In this document: positions 50,235 to 60,658 of the stretch, piece by piece
Layout of the letters: the number at the start of each line of letters is the position of its first letter
Numbering within the stretch: position 1 is the first letter of the stretch
Assembly (NCBI GenBank): GCA_019058445.1
Contig: JAHPZA010000009.1
Location: 448,001 to 512,000, forward strand
DNA: 64,000 nucleotides
Source: Promethearchaeota archaeon
GTDB taxonomy: Archaea > Asgardarchaeota > Lokiarchaeia > Sigyniarchaeales > SOKP01
Direction of reading: 5' to 3'
Notes under the pieces: model-generated
Told to the model about the DNA's origin: nothing
Database searches by the model: none
Seen by the model: the letters and a program-made list of their open reading frames with translations, nothing else
Program-made: the position numbers and the translations under genes

Positions 50235-51335
50235 TTAATCCAATACTTGAATAAAATATCCGAGAATCCTTAATTTATTTTCAAAACGATTTAAATCCGC
50301 GATAATTCCTTTTAAACCAGTTCCGTCATGAACTAATGATTTTTCAAAATTAAGTGTAACTACTCCCATTTTTCCGGGAATTAATTCCTCTCCTTGGCTA
50401 AATTTAAACGGAGATCCCTTCAATTCAACAAAACTATGATATTGGATTCCATCTCCAGGTTTTATTTTTCCTCCTTTAGGTTTATAAAATTTATTAAGAT
50501 AAACTTTCGCCTTAATCTCATGTTCTCTTACAAATTTTCCTTGAGAAACGATAATATTATCACGGCTGATATCCTCAGGGGAAATATTACCCTTTAAGGC
50601 TAAGCCTACTCGGTCTCCTTCATAAGCCATTTTAAAATCTCTATCATGCTTTTGAATACTTCTTATTATTATTTTTTTACCCTGACCCTCGTATCCTATA
50701 AGCTCAACCATTTGACGGGTATTAATTAATCCTCTTTTTACAATTCCAAGAATTACAGTTCCAATTCCTTTTACTGGAAAGACATGATCGATCAAAATTT
50801 TAGAGTATGGGGCTATTTCTAACTCTGGTTCTGGTAAATTTAATCCTAATTCAACAATTTTTTGTTTTAAATTTTCATAATCTTCTTTACAAATAAGTTT
50901 AAAGATTTCTGTTCCTTTTAGACTTGTTGAGTTTAAAATCTTCTCAATTTCACTCTCAATCTGAATTAATTTCCATTTAGTTTTTGAATTTATTCCCGTA
51001 ATTATCACAAGACATTCTGTTTTAAATAATTGATGATATAAATCCATACCCACGAGTATTTCGCCTACTGTCGCATTTAGACCTAATTCTAAATCAATAA
51101 CTAATAAATGGATATTAGACATTTTTAATACTTGTAAGAAAGGCTTTATTTTATCGGGATAATCAATGGGAGTCATAGCACAAAAAACATGACCTGCCTC
51201 TACATTTAATCGATTAAAAAAAAGTATATCAGACTTAGTTCCTGGAGCCCCTAACGCCTGTCCAATTAACTGTTGATGGTCAAAATTTTCCCCGAAAATT
51301 CCAATGAGAAAATTTCTCTCTTTAGCTTCACTCAT
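50235..51335 (-). CDS. Archaeal SelB-like (aSelBL) elongation factor homolog with a degenerate G domain
   Basis: EF-Tu/SelB domain II (IDHVFPVKGIGTVILG, IRSIQKHD, GDRVGLALKG). The N-terminal region has LGxxGTxSDI and no P-loop. Confidence 0.8.
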   Translation of the reverse strand: MSEAKERNFLIGIFGENFDHQQLIGQALGAPGTKSDILFFNRLNVEAGHVFCAMTPIDYPDKIKPFLQVLKMSNIHLLVIDLELGLNATVGEILVGMDLYHQLFKTECLVIITGINSKTKWKLIQIESEIEKILNSTSLKGTEIFKLICKEDYENLKQKIVELGLNLPEPELEIAPYSKILIDHVFPVKGIGTVILGIVKRGLINTRQMVELIGYEGQGKKIIIRSIQKHDRDFKMAYEGDRVGLALKGNISPEDISRDNIIVSQGKFVREHEIKAKVYLNKFYKPKGGKIKPGDGIQYHSFVELKGSPFKFSQGEELIPGKMGVVTLNFEKSLVHDGTGLKGIIADLNRFENKLRILGYFIQVLD

Positions 51336-51513
51336 TTAGTTTTTAAAAAGTAGAATAAAACAAAAATTTTTCGATATTGATTTTGTAATTAATTTTTATT
51401 AGAAGAAATAATTAAAATTAGACTCCTTTTTATTTAAATAGAGTTAAATACTTGATATCTTAAATGAGTAGCACTGTCATTTACTTTTAAAAAGTATTCA
51501 TAAGGAAATTATT

Positions 51514-52755
51514 ATGACTCAAAAAAATAACAGTATGCTATTGGAAAATAATACAAATATTCAAGAAAGACGATATGATATCGATGCATTGAGAGTAATA
51601 GCAACAATTTTATTAATTTATTTTCATACTGCAATGATATTTAATATTTGGTCTGTATATCACCTCAAGGACAATGAATTAAGTTTAGAAGCTGCATTAT
51701 TTGTATCTTTTCTTAACATTTGGCATATGCCTCTCTTTTTTCTTTTAGCTGGAATTAGTACATATTATGCTTTAAATTTTCGAACTAAAGATGAATATGC
51801 TAAAGAACGTGTTAAAAGATTGCTCATACCGCTTATATTTGGAATTTTAATAGTTGTTCCACCTCAAGTGTATTATGAGCGATTGGCGTGGTGGAGTGAA
51901 ACTAGACATAGTCCAATTAATTTTAACGGTTCTTATCTTGAGTTTTATCCCCAATTTTTTATTGGAATTTATCCGAATGGTAATTTTAGCTGGCATCATC
52001 TTTGGTTTATGTGGTATTTATTCTTTATTTCTTTAATCGCATTACCATTATTCATAAAGCTAAAAAGTGACAATGGAAAACAACGAATCTCACGTATAGC
52101 ATCATCAGTTGAGAATGGTCGAAAGGTTTTCTTTCTTGCTATTCCATTAATAATTGTAAATATTTGCCTTCGCTGGATATTTCCGGACTCTCATAATTTT
52201 ATTTTTGATTGGGCGGCAATTCTTCATTTTCTTTTAATTTTCATATTTGGGTTTTTAATGGTTGCGGATTCTCGATTTGAGGATTCAGTAGCCCGAAATA
52301 AAAGATTAGCGTTATTTTTTGGTATTATTATAGCGATTTTCACTTTAACATTTGATGCGTTAATATATCTGAATTCGAATTCTGCATTAATTGTCAACAT
52401 AGGCAACAATTTTGCTGTTTTAATCACAATATATATAATTGGGACAGGACTTTGGTCTTTTTGTGTATGGTGTTGGTTAATTGCTTTTTTAGGGTATGGG
52501 CGGAAGTATTTAAATAAACAAAATTCTTTTATTAAACATTTTAGTGAAATAGCTCTTCCTTTCTATATATTGCATCAAACAATAATAATAATTGTAGGTT
52601 TCTACGTAGTCCAATGGGAAATAAATATTTTAGTGAAATATTTAGTAATTACTACAGCTGCTTTATTTATAACGCTTATAATCTGTGAAGTAATAAAAAC
52701 AAACAAGATTACTCGGTTTATGTTCGGAATGAAAGTAATCAAAAAAAAGATGTAG
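51514..52755 (+). CDS. Acyltransferase-3 family membrane protein (MdoC/OpgC-like)
   Basis: Motifs RRYDIDALR, MPLFFLLAG, RLLIPL, HLWF and FYILHQ. Confidence 0.88.
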   Translation: MTQKNNSMLLENNTNIQERRYDIDALRVIATILLIYFHTAMIFNIWSVYHLKDNELSLEAALFVSFLNIWHMPLFFLLAGISTYYALNFRTKDEYAKERVKRLLIPLIFGILIVVPPQVYYERLAWWSETRHSPINFNGSYLEFYPQFFIGIYPNGNFSWHHLWFMWYLFFISLIALPLFIKLKSDNGKQRISRIASSVENGRKVFFLAIPLIIVNICLRWIFPDSHNFIFDWAAILHFLLIFIFGFLMVADSRFEDSVARNKRLALFFGIIIAIFTLTFDALIYLNSNSALIVNIGNNFAVLITIYIIGTGLWSFCVWCWLIAFLGYGRKYLNKQNSFIKHFSEIALPFYILHQTIIIIVGFYVVQWEINILVKYLVITTAALFITLIICEVIKTNKITRFMFGMKVIKKKM

Positions 52756-52766
52756 AAGTTATACCA

Positions 52767-53507
52767 TCATATAAAATAAGGAATTGCCATCCGCATTGGT
52801 AAGTCTTCAGAATCATATTCAAAAATTTCGGGAAGAAATCGCAGATTTGCCCTTCCTTTAGAACCAGATATTGCTAAAATCCAAGCGTCTAATATATCAT
52901 CAAGAGAAACATTCTCATTTGAAAGTTGATGGGAAACATTATTTAGAATCTCTTTAGAATTTGTAGAATAAGATTCAATGATTGATAATCTTTCATTGAC
53001 TCCTTCTTTAGTTTTCTTATAATGTTTCATTGGAACTCTATTCGACAGAGCAGCGAAACATAGCTCCGGATGAGATTCTATGAAAACTTTAGAGGCTTTA
53101 GGATCCCTTCGCAATAAGCTATCAACTTCTTTAATCTTTGCTGTAATATTCCAGGTTTGTTTAGATAATCCCTTTCCTGTCATGTTTCTGTGAATTTGGT
53201 TTGCATCAACATAAGATTTTGCAGATAGAGAAGCGCGACATGGTGTTGGAAATATACTAGATGATCGAGATCTTGTGAGATATCTACGAGCAGCTTTGTC
53301 ACATAATCGGGGTTCGCTTCCATTATCCCTTAATCCAATTGGTATATCAATTAAAATCAAATTAATTGATTTCAATGCATTAGATAATATATCCCATAAA
53401 TCTTGAATTGTTGGAAATATTTCAAATCTGTATTCTATTTGATCTTTTGTGTAAGAACAAATCCATCCTGATCGGCACCCATCAATACCTATCGATAAAA
53501 TTGGCAT
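52767..53507 (-). CDS. DUF429 family (RNase H-like) protein
   Basis: Motifs IGIDGCRSGW, IDIPIGL, ESHPE and DDILDA. Confidence 0.82.
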   Translation of the reverse strand: MPILSIGIDGCRSGWICSYTKDQIEYRFEIFPTIQDLWDILSNALKSINLILIDIPIGLRDNGSEPRLCDKAARRYLTRSRSSSIFPTPCRASLSAKSYVDANQIHRNMTGKGLSKQTWNITAKIKEVDSLLRRDPKASKVFIESHPELCFAALSNRVPMKHYKKTKEGVNERLSIIESYSTNSKEILNNVSHQLSNENVSLDDILDAWILAISGSKGRANLRFLPEIFEYDSEDLPMRMAIPYFI

Positions 53508-53527
53508 TTTATACTAGTTCAAGAATT

Positions 53528-54475
53528 TTAGAGTCCATTCCAGTATGCACGGAGTTCAACAACATTACTAAATAGATCCAATGGGTTAATGGGAGCATTC
53601 CAAGGTTCCTTACGGAATTCTCTGTATGCTCTGTAAACATTAAAATATAAACGCTCGGGCTCTGTCCATTCTGCAAAAGTTCCAAGATTTATTTTCTTCG
53701 ATGCCTCAAGAGGGTCAAGTCCTTCATCAAAAAAAAGTTTGGCCTCAGAATATACAAATTCGAAGTATGTTCGTAGTTCTTTAGCCCCATCGACTCCACA
53801 GAGGGGTCCATGCCCTGGTACAATAATCTCGGGTTTATAAGAAATTATGAGATCTAACGCTTCAATCCATTTAGCATGCGTACCTTCCCATCCTACAGGC
53901 GTACAATGCCTGAAGACTATATCACCGGCAAATATTACACTATGTTGAGGGAGATACACAATTATATCTCCTGAGGTGTGTGCCGGTCCAACATAAATAA
54001 GCTGGCAAGGATATCCATCTAGATCAAGATCAAGTTTATCTTCGAATAGGCGATTTGGAAGTGTAAGTTCAATCCCAGAATAATCAAAATTATTTAAAGC
54101 ATCTAACAATGGTTTCATCTCTGCTGGAAAAGCTTTTGGTCTTTTTTGACCTGCTTGGAATAATGCTGGTAGATTGCGTTTCTTTTCTTTTTCCATTTCT
54201 TCAGCGCAGTGACGATGTGCGATAATCTCAGCGTCTTTAAAAAGCTGATTGCCCCAGGTATGATCTCCATTGTGATGAGTGTTAACGAGTCGCTTTATTG
54301 GTTCAGGTGATATCGTTTTATATAGCTCTCTCATCTGCTTAGTAAGATTCAAGTCGTAGAATGTATCAATAGCGAGCCCTCCGCCCAAATTCACAAAACC
54401 TGCATTGCTCCATCCAAGTCCTCTGTCTTCCTGCAAGCAAGCATAAATATTCTTGGCAATTTCTTTAAGTTCCAT
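53528..54475 (-). CDS. Metallo-beta-lactamase fold hydrolase (cyclase-like)
   Basis: Motifs NTHHNGDHTWGN, AHTSGD, FAGD and VPGHG. Confidence 0.9.
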   Translation of the reverse strand: MELKEIAKNIYACLQEDRGLGWSNAGFVNLGGGLAIDTFYDLNLTKQMRELYKTISPEPIKRLVNTHHNGDHTWGNQLFKDAEIIAHRHCAEEMEKEKKRNLPALFQAGQKRPKAFPAEMKPLLDALNNFDYSGIELTLPNRLFEDKLDLDLDGYPCQLIYVGPAHTSGDIIVYLPQHSVIFAGDIVFRHCTPVGWEGTHAKWIEALDLIISYKPEIIVPGHGPLCGVDGAKELRTYFEFVYSEAKLFFDEGLDPLEASKKINLGTFAEWTEPERLYFNVYRAYREFRKEPWNAPINPLDLFSNVVELRAYWNGL

Positions 54476-54782
54476 ACTTACTCTCTCACTCTTTATCTAT
54501 TTCTCAGTTAATGACTTTAATTATGTTTATAATTTTATAAAGAAATTTCGTTAAGAAAAGTATACTTCTTCTATTTATAAATCTTACTTAGTCGTTAAAT
54601 TGTAGGAAATAAATGCATTCCCACTTAGGGAAAAATTCGTTGAACAAAATGTGATGAAATCTTTTAAATTGTTCCACAACAATAAAGAAAGCATAGAAGT
54701 TCATTATTTAAAATTTAATATCGGAAAAAATAAAAATAATGATATAAATACCAAATTATTGAAAATATGGCAGAAAAAAAAA

Positions 54783-55505
54783 ATGTCAGATAAGGAAGAA
54801 CGTGAGATTGGCAGGATTCAAGAACTTGAAAGCACTAATTTAGCAAGAGAGGAGATTAGAGACTTAGTTATTGAAACTAAAAAGAAAGTAGAAAGAGATA
54901 ATGATTTATTAGCTGAACGGATAAATAAAAATTTTCAAAAACATAACATTAAATCCTTCGATATAGTAGGAGCAATTGGAGCTGGTAAGACAGCCATATT
55001 AGAAAAAATTAGTGAAAAAATTTCGTCTAAATATAAAACCTTAGTGATATGTGGGGATATTACAACGAGAGTTGATGCTGATAGAATTGAAGAACATAAT
55101 GTTGAAACCGTACAGATTAATACTGGCCGTGAATGTGCTTTAAATGCATATCATATCAATCAAATCATAAAAAATAAAGAATTATCTGAGTATGATGTTA
55201 TTTTTGTTGAAAATGTCGGAAATTTAATATGTCCATCTGAATTTATTCTCGGTACAGACAAAAGAATCACAGTTGTATCAATTACTGAAGGGGAGTGGGT
55301 TATAGAAAAACATCCAATGCTCTTTAAAATGTCAGATATCGCAATCATTAATAAAATTGATCTTTTAGAAAGATTAGGAACCAATATTGATAAGATGATA
55401 AGCGATGCTAAAAAATTCAATCCAGATATAGAAGTCATAACCACCAGTGCCAAAACTGGGGAAAATATCAATAAATTATTAGAAATCATGGGGTTAGCAG
55501 AATGA
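54783..55505 (+). CDS. hypB: Hydrogenase/urease nickel-incorporation GTPase HypB
   Basis: Motifs GAIGAGKT, QINTGREC, ENVGNLICP, SITEG, KHP, NKID and SAKTG. ATG 54783 is preferred; the start is uncertain. Confidence 0.85.
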   Translation: MSDKEEREIGRIQELESTNLAREEIRDLVIETKKKVERDNDLLAERINKNFQKHNIKSFDIVGAIGAGKTAILEKISEKISSKYKTLVICGDITTRVDADRIEEHNVETVQINTGRECALNAYHINQIIKNKELSEYDVIFVENVGNLICPSEFILGTDKRITVVSITEGEWVIEKHPMLFKMSDIAIINKIDLLERLGTNIDKMISDAKKFNPDIEVITTSAKTGENINKLLEIMGLAE

Positions 55506-55927
55506 AAGAATTAATAGAAAAAGTTAAAAGTTCAATAAAAGATATTGAGAGTGTTGATAAGTCTACTCTACGAGTCTTATTTCATGATACTCTAAAAGAG
55601 TTAAAAAACCATCATAAAATCGATGCATATATAGGGGATTTTCCAACTTTCATAGAACCTGTGCATCTTGGAAATAATGTTCGAATAGGTGATGATGTTC
55701 TTTTAGGACCTAATGTCTATATCGGAAATAATTGCGAACTCGGAGATTATGTAGAACTCTCAAATACGATTGTATTAGATAATGTTAAACTTGGCAATAA
55801 TTTTACCTTAGAAAATTGCATTATCGCAAATGATAGTAAATTAAATTTTGATATTCTAAAAGAAAAAAATTGTATCTTGAAGGGTATTACAGATATAAAA
55901 GAAAATATTGAAAAATTAGATTTTTAA
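55502..55927 (+). CDS. Left-handed beta-helix (hexapeptide repeat) protein
   Basis: IEPVHLGNNVRIGDDVLLGPNVYIGNNC resembles the C-terminal domain of NDP-sugar pyrophosphorylases. ATGA overlap with hypB. Confidence 0.75.
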   Translation: MKELIEKVKSSIKDIESVDKSTLRVLFHDTLKELKNHHKIDAYIGDFPTFIEPVHLGNNVRIGDDVLLGPNVYIGNNCELGDYVELSNTIVLDNVKLGNNFTLENCIIANDSKLNFDILKEKNCILKGITDIKENIEKLDF

Positions 55928-55964
55928 TTCAGATTAATTTAACAAATCTCTGTTAATAATCAAT

Positions 55965-56654
55965 ATGTTTGAAGTAAACAACTCAAAACAAGTGTATCTT
56001 ATTTTAGGAATAATTGTTGTTATATGTCAAATAATTATATCATATTTTTTTCTAGATCCTGTACAAATAATTAGTAATTGGTTATTAACAATTATTTATT
56101 TAGCCTTAGGGTTTATAGCTCTCAAATATTTCGAAAAGGATGCAGGGTTTCCTGATATGCTTGATAACGAGATTAAAGTTAATCATTTATTATTAATTCC
56201 ATTCATTTTTGGATTGATTTTTGGAATAGGAGCAATTTTATTTGATTTGATTAATCCTATTAAAGTCCCCCAACTTCCTTTTCCTATATCGATTCCATAT
56301 TGGATTTTTGTTGGTATAACTGATGAGATTTTTTGGCGTTTATTCTTATTGACATTTCTAATCTGGCTGATTTCCTATAAAATATTAAAAAATGAAAGGC
56401 AGGAACAGGTATTCTGGGGAGTAGCTATACTTGAAAGTGTAATTTACATTATAATTCAACTAATCCTATTCGAATCCTTTGTGGGTCCAATTACTTCTTT
56501 GGTTTTAATTCAAATATTGATTATTTCTGGAGGATATATCATAGTAGCATGTTATTGTTATAGAAAAGGAGGATTTCTCGCTGTAATTGTTGTTCGTTTG
56601 ACCCAATACACTGTCTACCATATAATCTATGGCGGACTGACCCTTGTAATATAG
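55965..56654 (+). CDS. Membrane protein, degenerate CPBP/Abi protease-like
   Basis: Multiple TM segments. GITDEIFWR resembles the EExxxR motif, but the downstream His motifs are not evident. Confidence 0.55.
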   Translation: MFEVNNSKQVYLILGIIVVICQIIISYFFLDPVQIISNWLLTIIYLALGFIALKYFEKDAGFPDMLDNEIKVNHLLLIPFIFGLIFGIGAILFDLINPIKVPQLPFPISIPYWIFVGITDEIFWRLFLLTFLIWLISYKILKNERQEQVFWGVAILESVIYIIIQLILFESFVGPITSLVLIQILIISGGYIIVACYCYRKGGFLAVIVVRLTQYTVYHIIYGGLTLVI

Positions 56655-56683
56655 GTTAAGAGTAATACTTTTGGTAATAGTCG

Positions 56684-57790
56684 TTAAATACAACTATTTT
56701 TAAGCTTAGAAAGGGAGTGTTCAAAAACCCAATGTAGTTTTTTTGGTAATCTCTGATAATCCATTTTCGAAATTATCTCAGAATAATCAACACTATTGAA
56801 AGTGTTCCAGAATAAAACCGTTTTGTCTTTAATTTTAATTTTTTTGGTTCTTACATAATCAATAAGACCCGCAAAAGTCTTTCCTGTATAAGTTGGATCA
56901 AGTGTAATATCTTCGTATTCTTTTATTAAATTAATAGCCTTAAGACCTTCTGGGGTTGGTTTTCCATATGCTTCTCCAAAATAGGCGTCATCTAGTATTA
57001 AATGCTCAAAAGAAAGTTTTGGTATTGATTTGTCATACTTAGCTAGAAGCGCCCTTGATTTAATAGCTAGCTTCTGAGTATTTTTAACACTGGAAAATGT
57101 CGGTGGTGTAACCTGAATACCATAGATGATTGTTTTTAATCTAGCAAGTTCAATACCTATTATTAAACCCGCCGTCGTTCCCATTGATCCATTAGCTACA
57201 AAAATATAATCCGGTTCCGGTAATTCTCCATTGTTTATTTGATTTTTCAATTCAAGAGCAGCATCTATAAATCCTAAAGTACCAAGAGGAGAGCTCCCTC
57301 CTTGTCCTATATAATATATTCTATCATCTTCATTCAGCTTCCAGCGTATTCTTAATCTCCACCCTCTCGCTGTGTGAGAATATATTAAGTTATTTTTAAA
57401 ATATAATTCAAGTAAAAGATTATTTCTCACATGAGTAGTTATGGGTTGATAAAGCAATGCAGCATATGGGGTCAGATTAAGTTCATTGCAAAATGCAGCA
57501 GTCGCTATACAATGATTGGATCCAATCCCTCCAACTGTTAATACTTTATTGCAATCTTTATATTTCGCATCAGCCAGCAGATACTCTAGTTTTCGAGGTT
57601 TATTACCACCATATATCGGTGACGTAAGATTATCTTGCTTAATCCAGAGGGAGCTTATTCCTAACTTATCTTGAAGGTTAAATAATTGCTTTACAGGAGT
57701 CCTCATAGGAGCCAGTTTAATCCAAGGAATACCAGATTCTAAATCTGGATAATATTCAAATAGAAATGGTTTTTTTCTGGACTCAGACAT
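56684..57790 (-). CDS. D-cysteine desulfhydrase / ACC deaminase family PLP enzyme
   Basis: Motifs YGGNKPRKLEY, SNH, GSMGTTAG and LDPTYTGK. Confidence 0.88.
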   Translation of the reverse strand: MSESRKKPFLFEYYPDLESGIPWIKLAPMRTPVKQLFNLQDKLGISSLWIKQDNLTSPIYGGNKPRKLEYLLADAKYKDCNKVLTVGGIGSNHCIATAAFCNELNLTPYAALLYQPITTHVRNNLLLELYFKNNLIYSHTARGWRLRIRWKLNEDDRIYYIGQGGSSPLGTLGFIDAALELKNQINNGELPEPDYIFVANGSMGTTAGLIIGIELARLKTIIYGIQVTPPTFSSVKNTQKLAIKSRALLAKYDKSIPKLSFEHLILDDAYFGEAYGKPTPEGLKAINLIKEYEDITLDPTYTGKTFAGLIDYVRTKKIKIKDKTVLFWNTFNSVDYSEIISKMDYQRLPKKLHWVFEHSLSKLKNSCI

Positions 57791-57901
57791 AGTAGATTCT
57801 AGGATATTATTGTGAATAGTAATCTAAATTTACTTATAATCCTTATTTAAATAGTTTTCTAAAAGAAAACTCTTTTAAAAACACCCACTATATTAAAATC
57901 T

Positions 57902-58822
57902 ATGGAAAGAATACCACAAATTAAACTGGAAATAACTGAGAAAAAAGGAAAAGAATGGCTAGGTCTTCAGATGACTACAGAAAAACAACTTGAGTCCCTT
58001 CTATGGTACTTAGAACATCCAAAATTGCAAGAAAATCCAAAACTGCTCGAAGAAATAACTGAACTTTATTTTATTGCAAAAGCAAGCGGATTTATGAAAA
58101 TGGAAAGTATTATTCGTAAATTAGATCAACTAAGTATTACATTAGGAAAATTTGATTATACTGAAAAAGAAGAAGAATTAGATAAAAAGCCAAAGTTTCT
58201 AAATTATCCTCAAGAAATTAAAGAATTAAGAAAAAAAATTGAGGTTTTAATACAATCACCATATGGTACAAGCCTCCCTGAAACTACTCAACAATTAATT
58301 ATTAATTTTATTAATTACTTGAATCATCCGGATTTACATAAAAGACCTAAATTATTCGATGATATATTTGAAAAATACGAGGAAGCTAAAGCCACGGATT
58401 TTATGAAGATGCAATCTTTCAATGATATGTTGAACATGCTTGAAATCAAACTTGGAGCAATTAACGAAGATATGAAACAGTATAAAACACTCGAGGAAAA
58501 AATAGAAGACTTAGAAGATGAAAAGAAAAGAATATCCGAAGAATGGAATAAATTAGATTTGGAACGAGAAGCTTTAATTACTGAAAAAGAAAAAATAGCT
58601 AAAGAACGGGATGTACTGAAAGATGAAAATAAAAAATTAAAGGATGATTTAGAAGCTATAAAAAAAGAATGGGTCAAAATTGAAAACGAAAACAAAAAGT
58701 TAGAAGAGGAAACAAATAGTTTAATCAAAGAACGGCAAACATTAAATGAAGAGCAAAAAAGACTTGAATATGAAAGACAGAGATTAGAAAATTCCCATAA
58801 TACTGATATTAATCTGATCTAA
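57902..58822 (+). CDS. Hypothetical protein with a duplicated helical domain and a C-terminal coiled coil
   Basis: Internal repeat YLEHPKL..NPKLLEEI...AKASGFMKM / YLNHPDL..RPKLFDDI...AKATDFMKM, followed by E/K-rich heptads. Confidence 0.8.
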   Translation: MERIPQIKLEITEKKGKEWLGLQMTTEKQLESLLWYLEHPKLQENPKLLEEITELYFIAKASGFMKMESIIRKLDQLSITLGKFDYTEKEEELDKKPKFLNYPQEIKELRKKIEVLIQSPYGTSLPETTQQLIINFINYLNHPDLHKRPKLFDDIFEKYEEAKATDFMKMQSFNDMLNMLEIKLGAINEDMKQYKTLEEKIEDLEDEKKRISEEWNKLDLEREALITEKEKIAKERDVLKDENKKLKDDLEAIKKEWVKIENENKKLEEETNSLIKERQTLNEEQKRLEYERQRLENSHNTDINLI

Positions 58823-58934
58823 ACACTTTACTAAAATTATTGTTTTCTTAATCTATCTTAAAAAAAATTCTTTTTAGAATTTTCAATATTAAAAATTTGA
58901 AATAGCTTAAATTCTATAATTATTTTTAAAGTAT

Positions 58935-60053
58935 ATGGCTAATTCGACTAATAATTTTGATATTGCTGTTATTGGTGCTGGCCCAGGTGGTTCTTTTGCA
59001 GCAAAAGCCAGTGCTGAAATGGGATACAAAACTTTATTAATTGATAAGGAACAAATCAGAGAAAGTGGTCGGTATAAAGCATGTGGCGGAGCTATTGCTT
59101 GGGAACTAGTTGAAGAAATTAATTATCCTGAAGATAAAATAGCAAGAGTAATAGAATCATTAGAATTACATCATGTTGATGGAGAGGATTTTTCCAAAAA
59201 GGGAAAGGGGGCTGTTATTTGGCGTAGTACGTTCGATAAGTTTTTAACAGATATAGCAATTGAAAGTGGAGCAATCTTAAAAGAGAAAGAAATGCTTATT
59301 TATATAGAAAAAAATAATGATATTTATCGTATTAGAACAAAAAACGAAAATTATAATGCAAAGTATGTCATTGCTGCTGATGGGGTTACTTCTCCCACAT
59401 TAAAATTATTGAAGTGGCCTTATTTTGAAAAGGAAAACCTAATTCTAACAATTACAAAAGAAATGAAAACTACGAATTCTTATATTAATAAAATCTTAGG
59501 CTCTGATACAGTTCATTTATTTTTTGGGATTAAAAACCTTATTCAAATTGGGTATGCCTGGTTGTTTCCAAAAGCTGAAACTATCACTGTTGGATGGGGC
59601 AACCAAATAAACCTAGTTAAGAATTCTCGAATAGAGTTTGATAAATTTGTATCATTACCATTTGTTAAAACTGCCTTAAAAGACTCAAATTTAGAAATAT
59701 TTAAGCCCCATCTAATTCCTGTCGGTTTAAGACCAAAACTTTATGAAGATAACGTGTTTGCAGTTGGTGATGCAGGAGGAATAGTTGATCCTATAAGTGG
59801 GAAAGGCATTCCGTATGCGATGATGTCTGGACAATTTGCGATTGAAGCAATCAATACTGGGGAAAAGAGAGATAAACCAGATAAATTAGGTACATTTTAC
59901 GAAAAAAGTTTAGATAGAAAGTTTCTTAAAATCTTAAAAGCGAAACGAGTAGCACGTGATAGAATCTTTCAGAATGATGAAAGTTTGAAGAAATTTTTAT
60001 CTTTATGGGAGAAATATAGATCCTCTCAGATTGTAATGGGAAAAATGATCTAA
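58935..60053 (+). CDS. Geranylgeranyl reductase family FAD-dependent oxidoreductase
   Basis: Motifs IGAGPGG, KACGG, RSTFDKFL, AADG, GYAWLFP and VGDAGG..DPISGKGI. Confidence 0.88.
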   Translation: MANSTNNFDIAVIGAGPGGSFAAKASAEMGYKTLLIDKEQIRESGRYKACGGAIAWELVEEINYPEDKIARVIESLELHHVDGEDFSKKGKGAVIWRSTFDKFLTDIAIESGAILKEKEMLIYIEKNNDIYRIRTKNENYNAKYVIAADGVTSPTLKLLKWPYFEKENLILTITKEMKTTNSYINKILGSDTVHLFFGIKNLIQIGYAWLFPKAETITVGWGNQINLVKNSRIEFDKFVSLPFVKTALKDSNLEIFKPHLIPVGLRPKLYEDNVFAVGDAGGIVDPISGKGIPYAMMSGQFAIEAINTGEKRDKPDKLGTFYEKSLDRKFLKILKAKRVARDRIFQNDESLKKFLSLWEKYRSSQIVMGKMI

Positions 60054-60092
60054 TTCAATTTTAAAATAAAATATAAATGGTGATTATTTTAT

Positions 60093-60641
60093 ATGCTAGT
60101 AGCAATTACAGGCGCTTCTGGAGCTCAAATAGCGATTAAATTATTAGAGATTTTAAAAGAAAAGGGAATTAAAGTTGAGTTAATAATATCAAAAATAGCA
60201 GAAGTAATTATAAATACTGAAACTGAATATAAAGTTTCGGATATTCGAAAAATAGCTACGAAAAATTATGATTTTGATGATTTAGCAGCAGCCCCTGCTA
60301 GTGGATCTTACAAATTTGATGCGATGGTTATAGTTCCATGTACTATGAAAACGTTAGCTGCAATAGCAAATGGGATCGCAGATAATTTGATTACTAGAGC
60401 GGCTGACGTAGCAATAAAAGAAAAAAGGAAACTTATACTTGTGGTCAGAGAAAGCCCATTTAGCGCTATCCATCTAGAAAATATGCTGAAATTGGCAAGA
60501 TTAGGAGTTGTGATTGCTCCTCCAATACCTTCTTATTATATAAAGCCTGAGTCTGTTGAGGAGTTGATTGAACATTCGGTAGGGAGAATTCTTGACCAAT
60601 TAGGTATTGAAAGCAATATAAAAAGATGGGGAGATAATTAA
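60093..60641 (+). CDS. ubiX: Flavin prenyltransferase UbiX
   Basis: Motifs AITGASG, ASGS, VPCTMKTLAAIANG, RAADVAIKE, RESP and HLENML. Confidence 0.93.
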   Translation: MLVAITGASGAQIAIKLLEILKEKGIKVELIISKIAEVIINTETEYKVSDIRKIATKNYDFDDLAAAPASGSYKFDAMVIVPCTMKTLAAIANGIADNLITRAADVAIKEKRKLILVVRESPFSAIHLENMLKLARLGVVIAPPIPSYYIKPESVEELIEHSVGRILDQLGIESNIKRWGDN

Positions 60642-60658
60642 TTATTTTATAAAATATA

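Noticed and set aside
54767-54785. A10 run between an upstream ATG (MAEKK) and the hypB ATG, one base out of frame
   Set aside because: A usable in-frame ATG exists at 54783. A homopolymer error or chance is as likely as programmed slippage.
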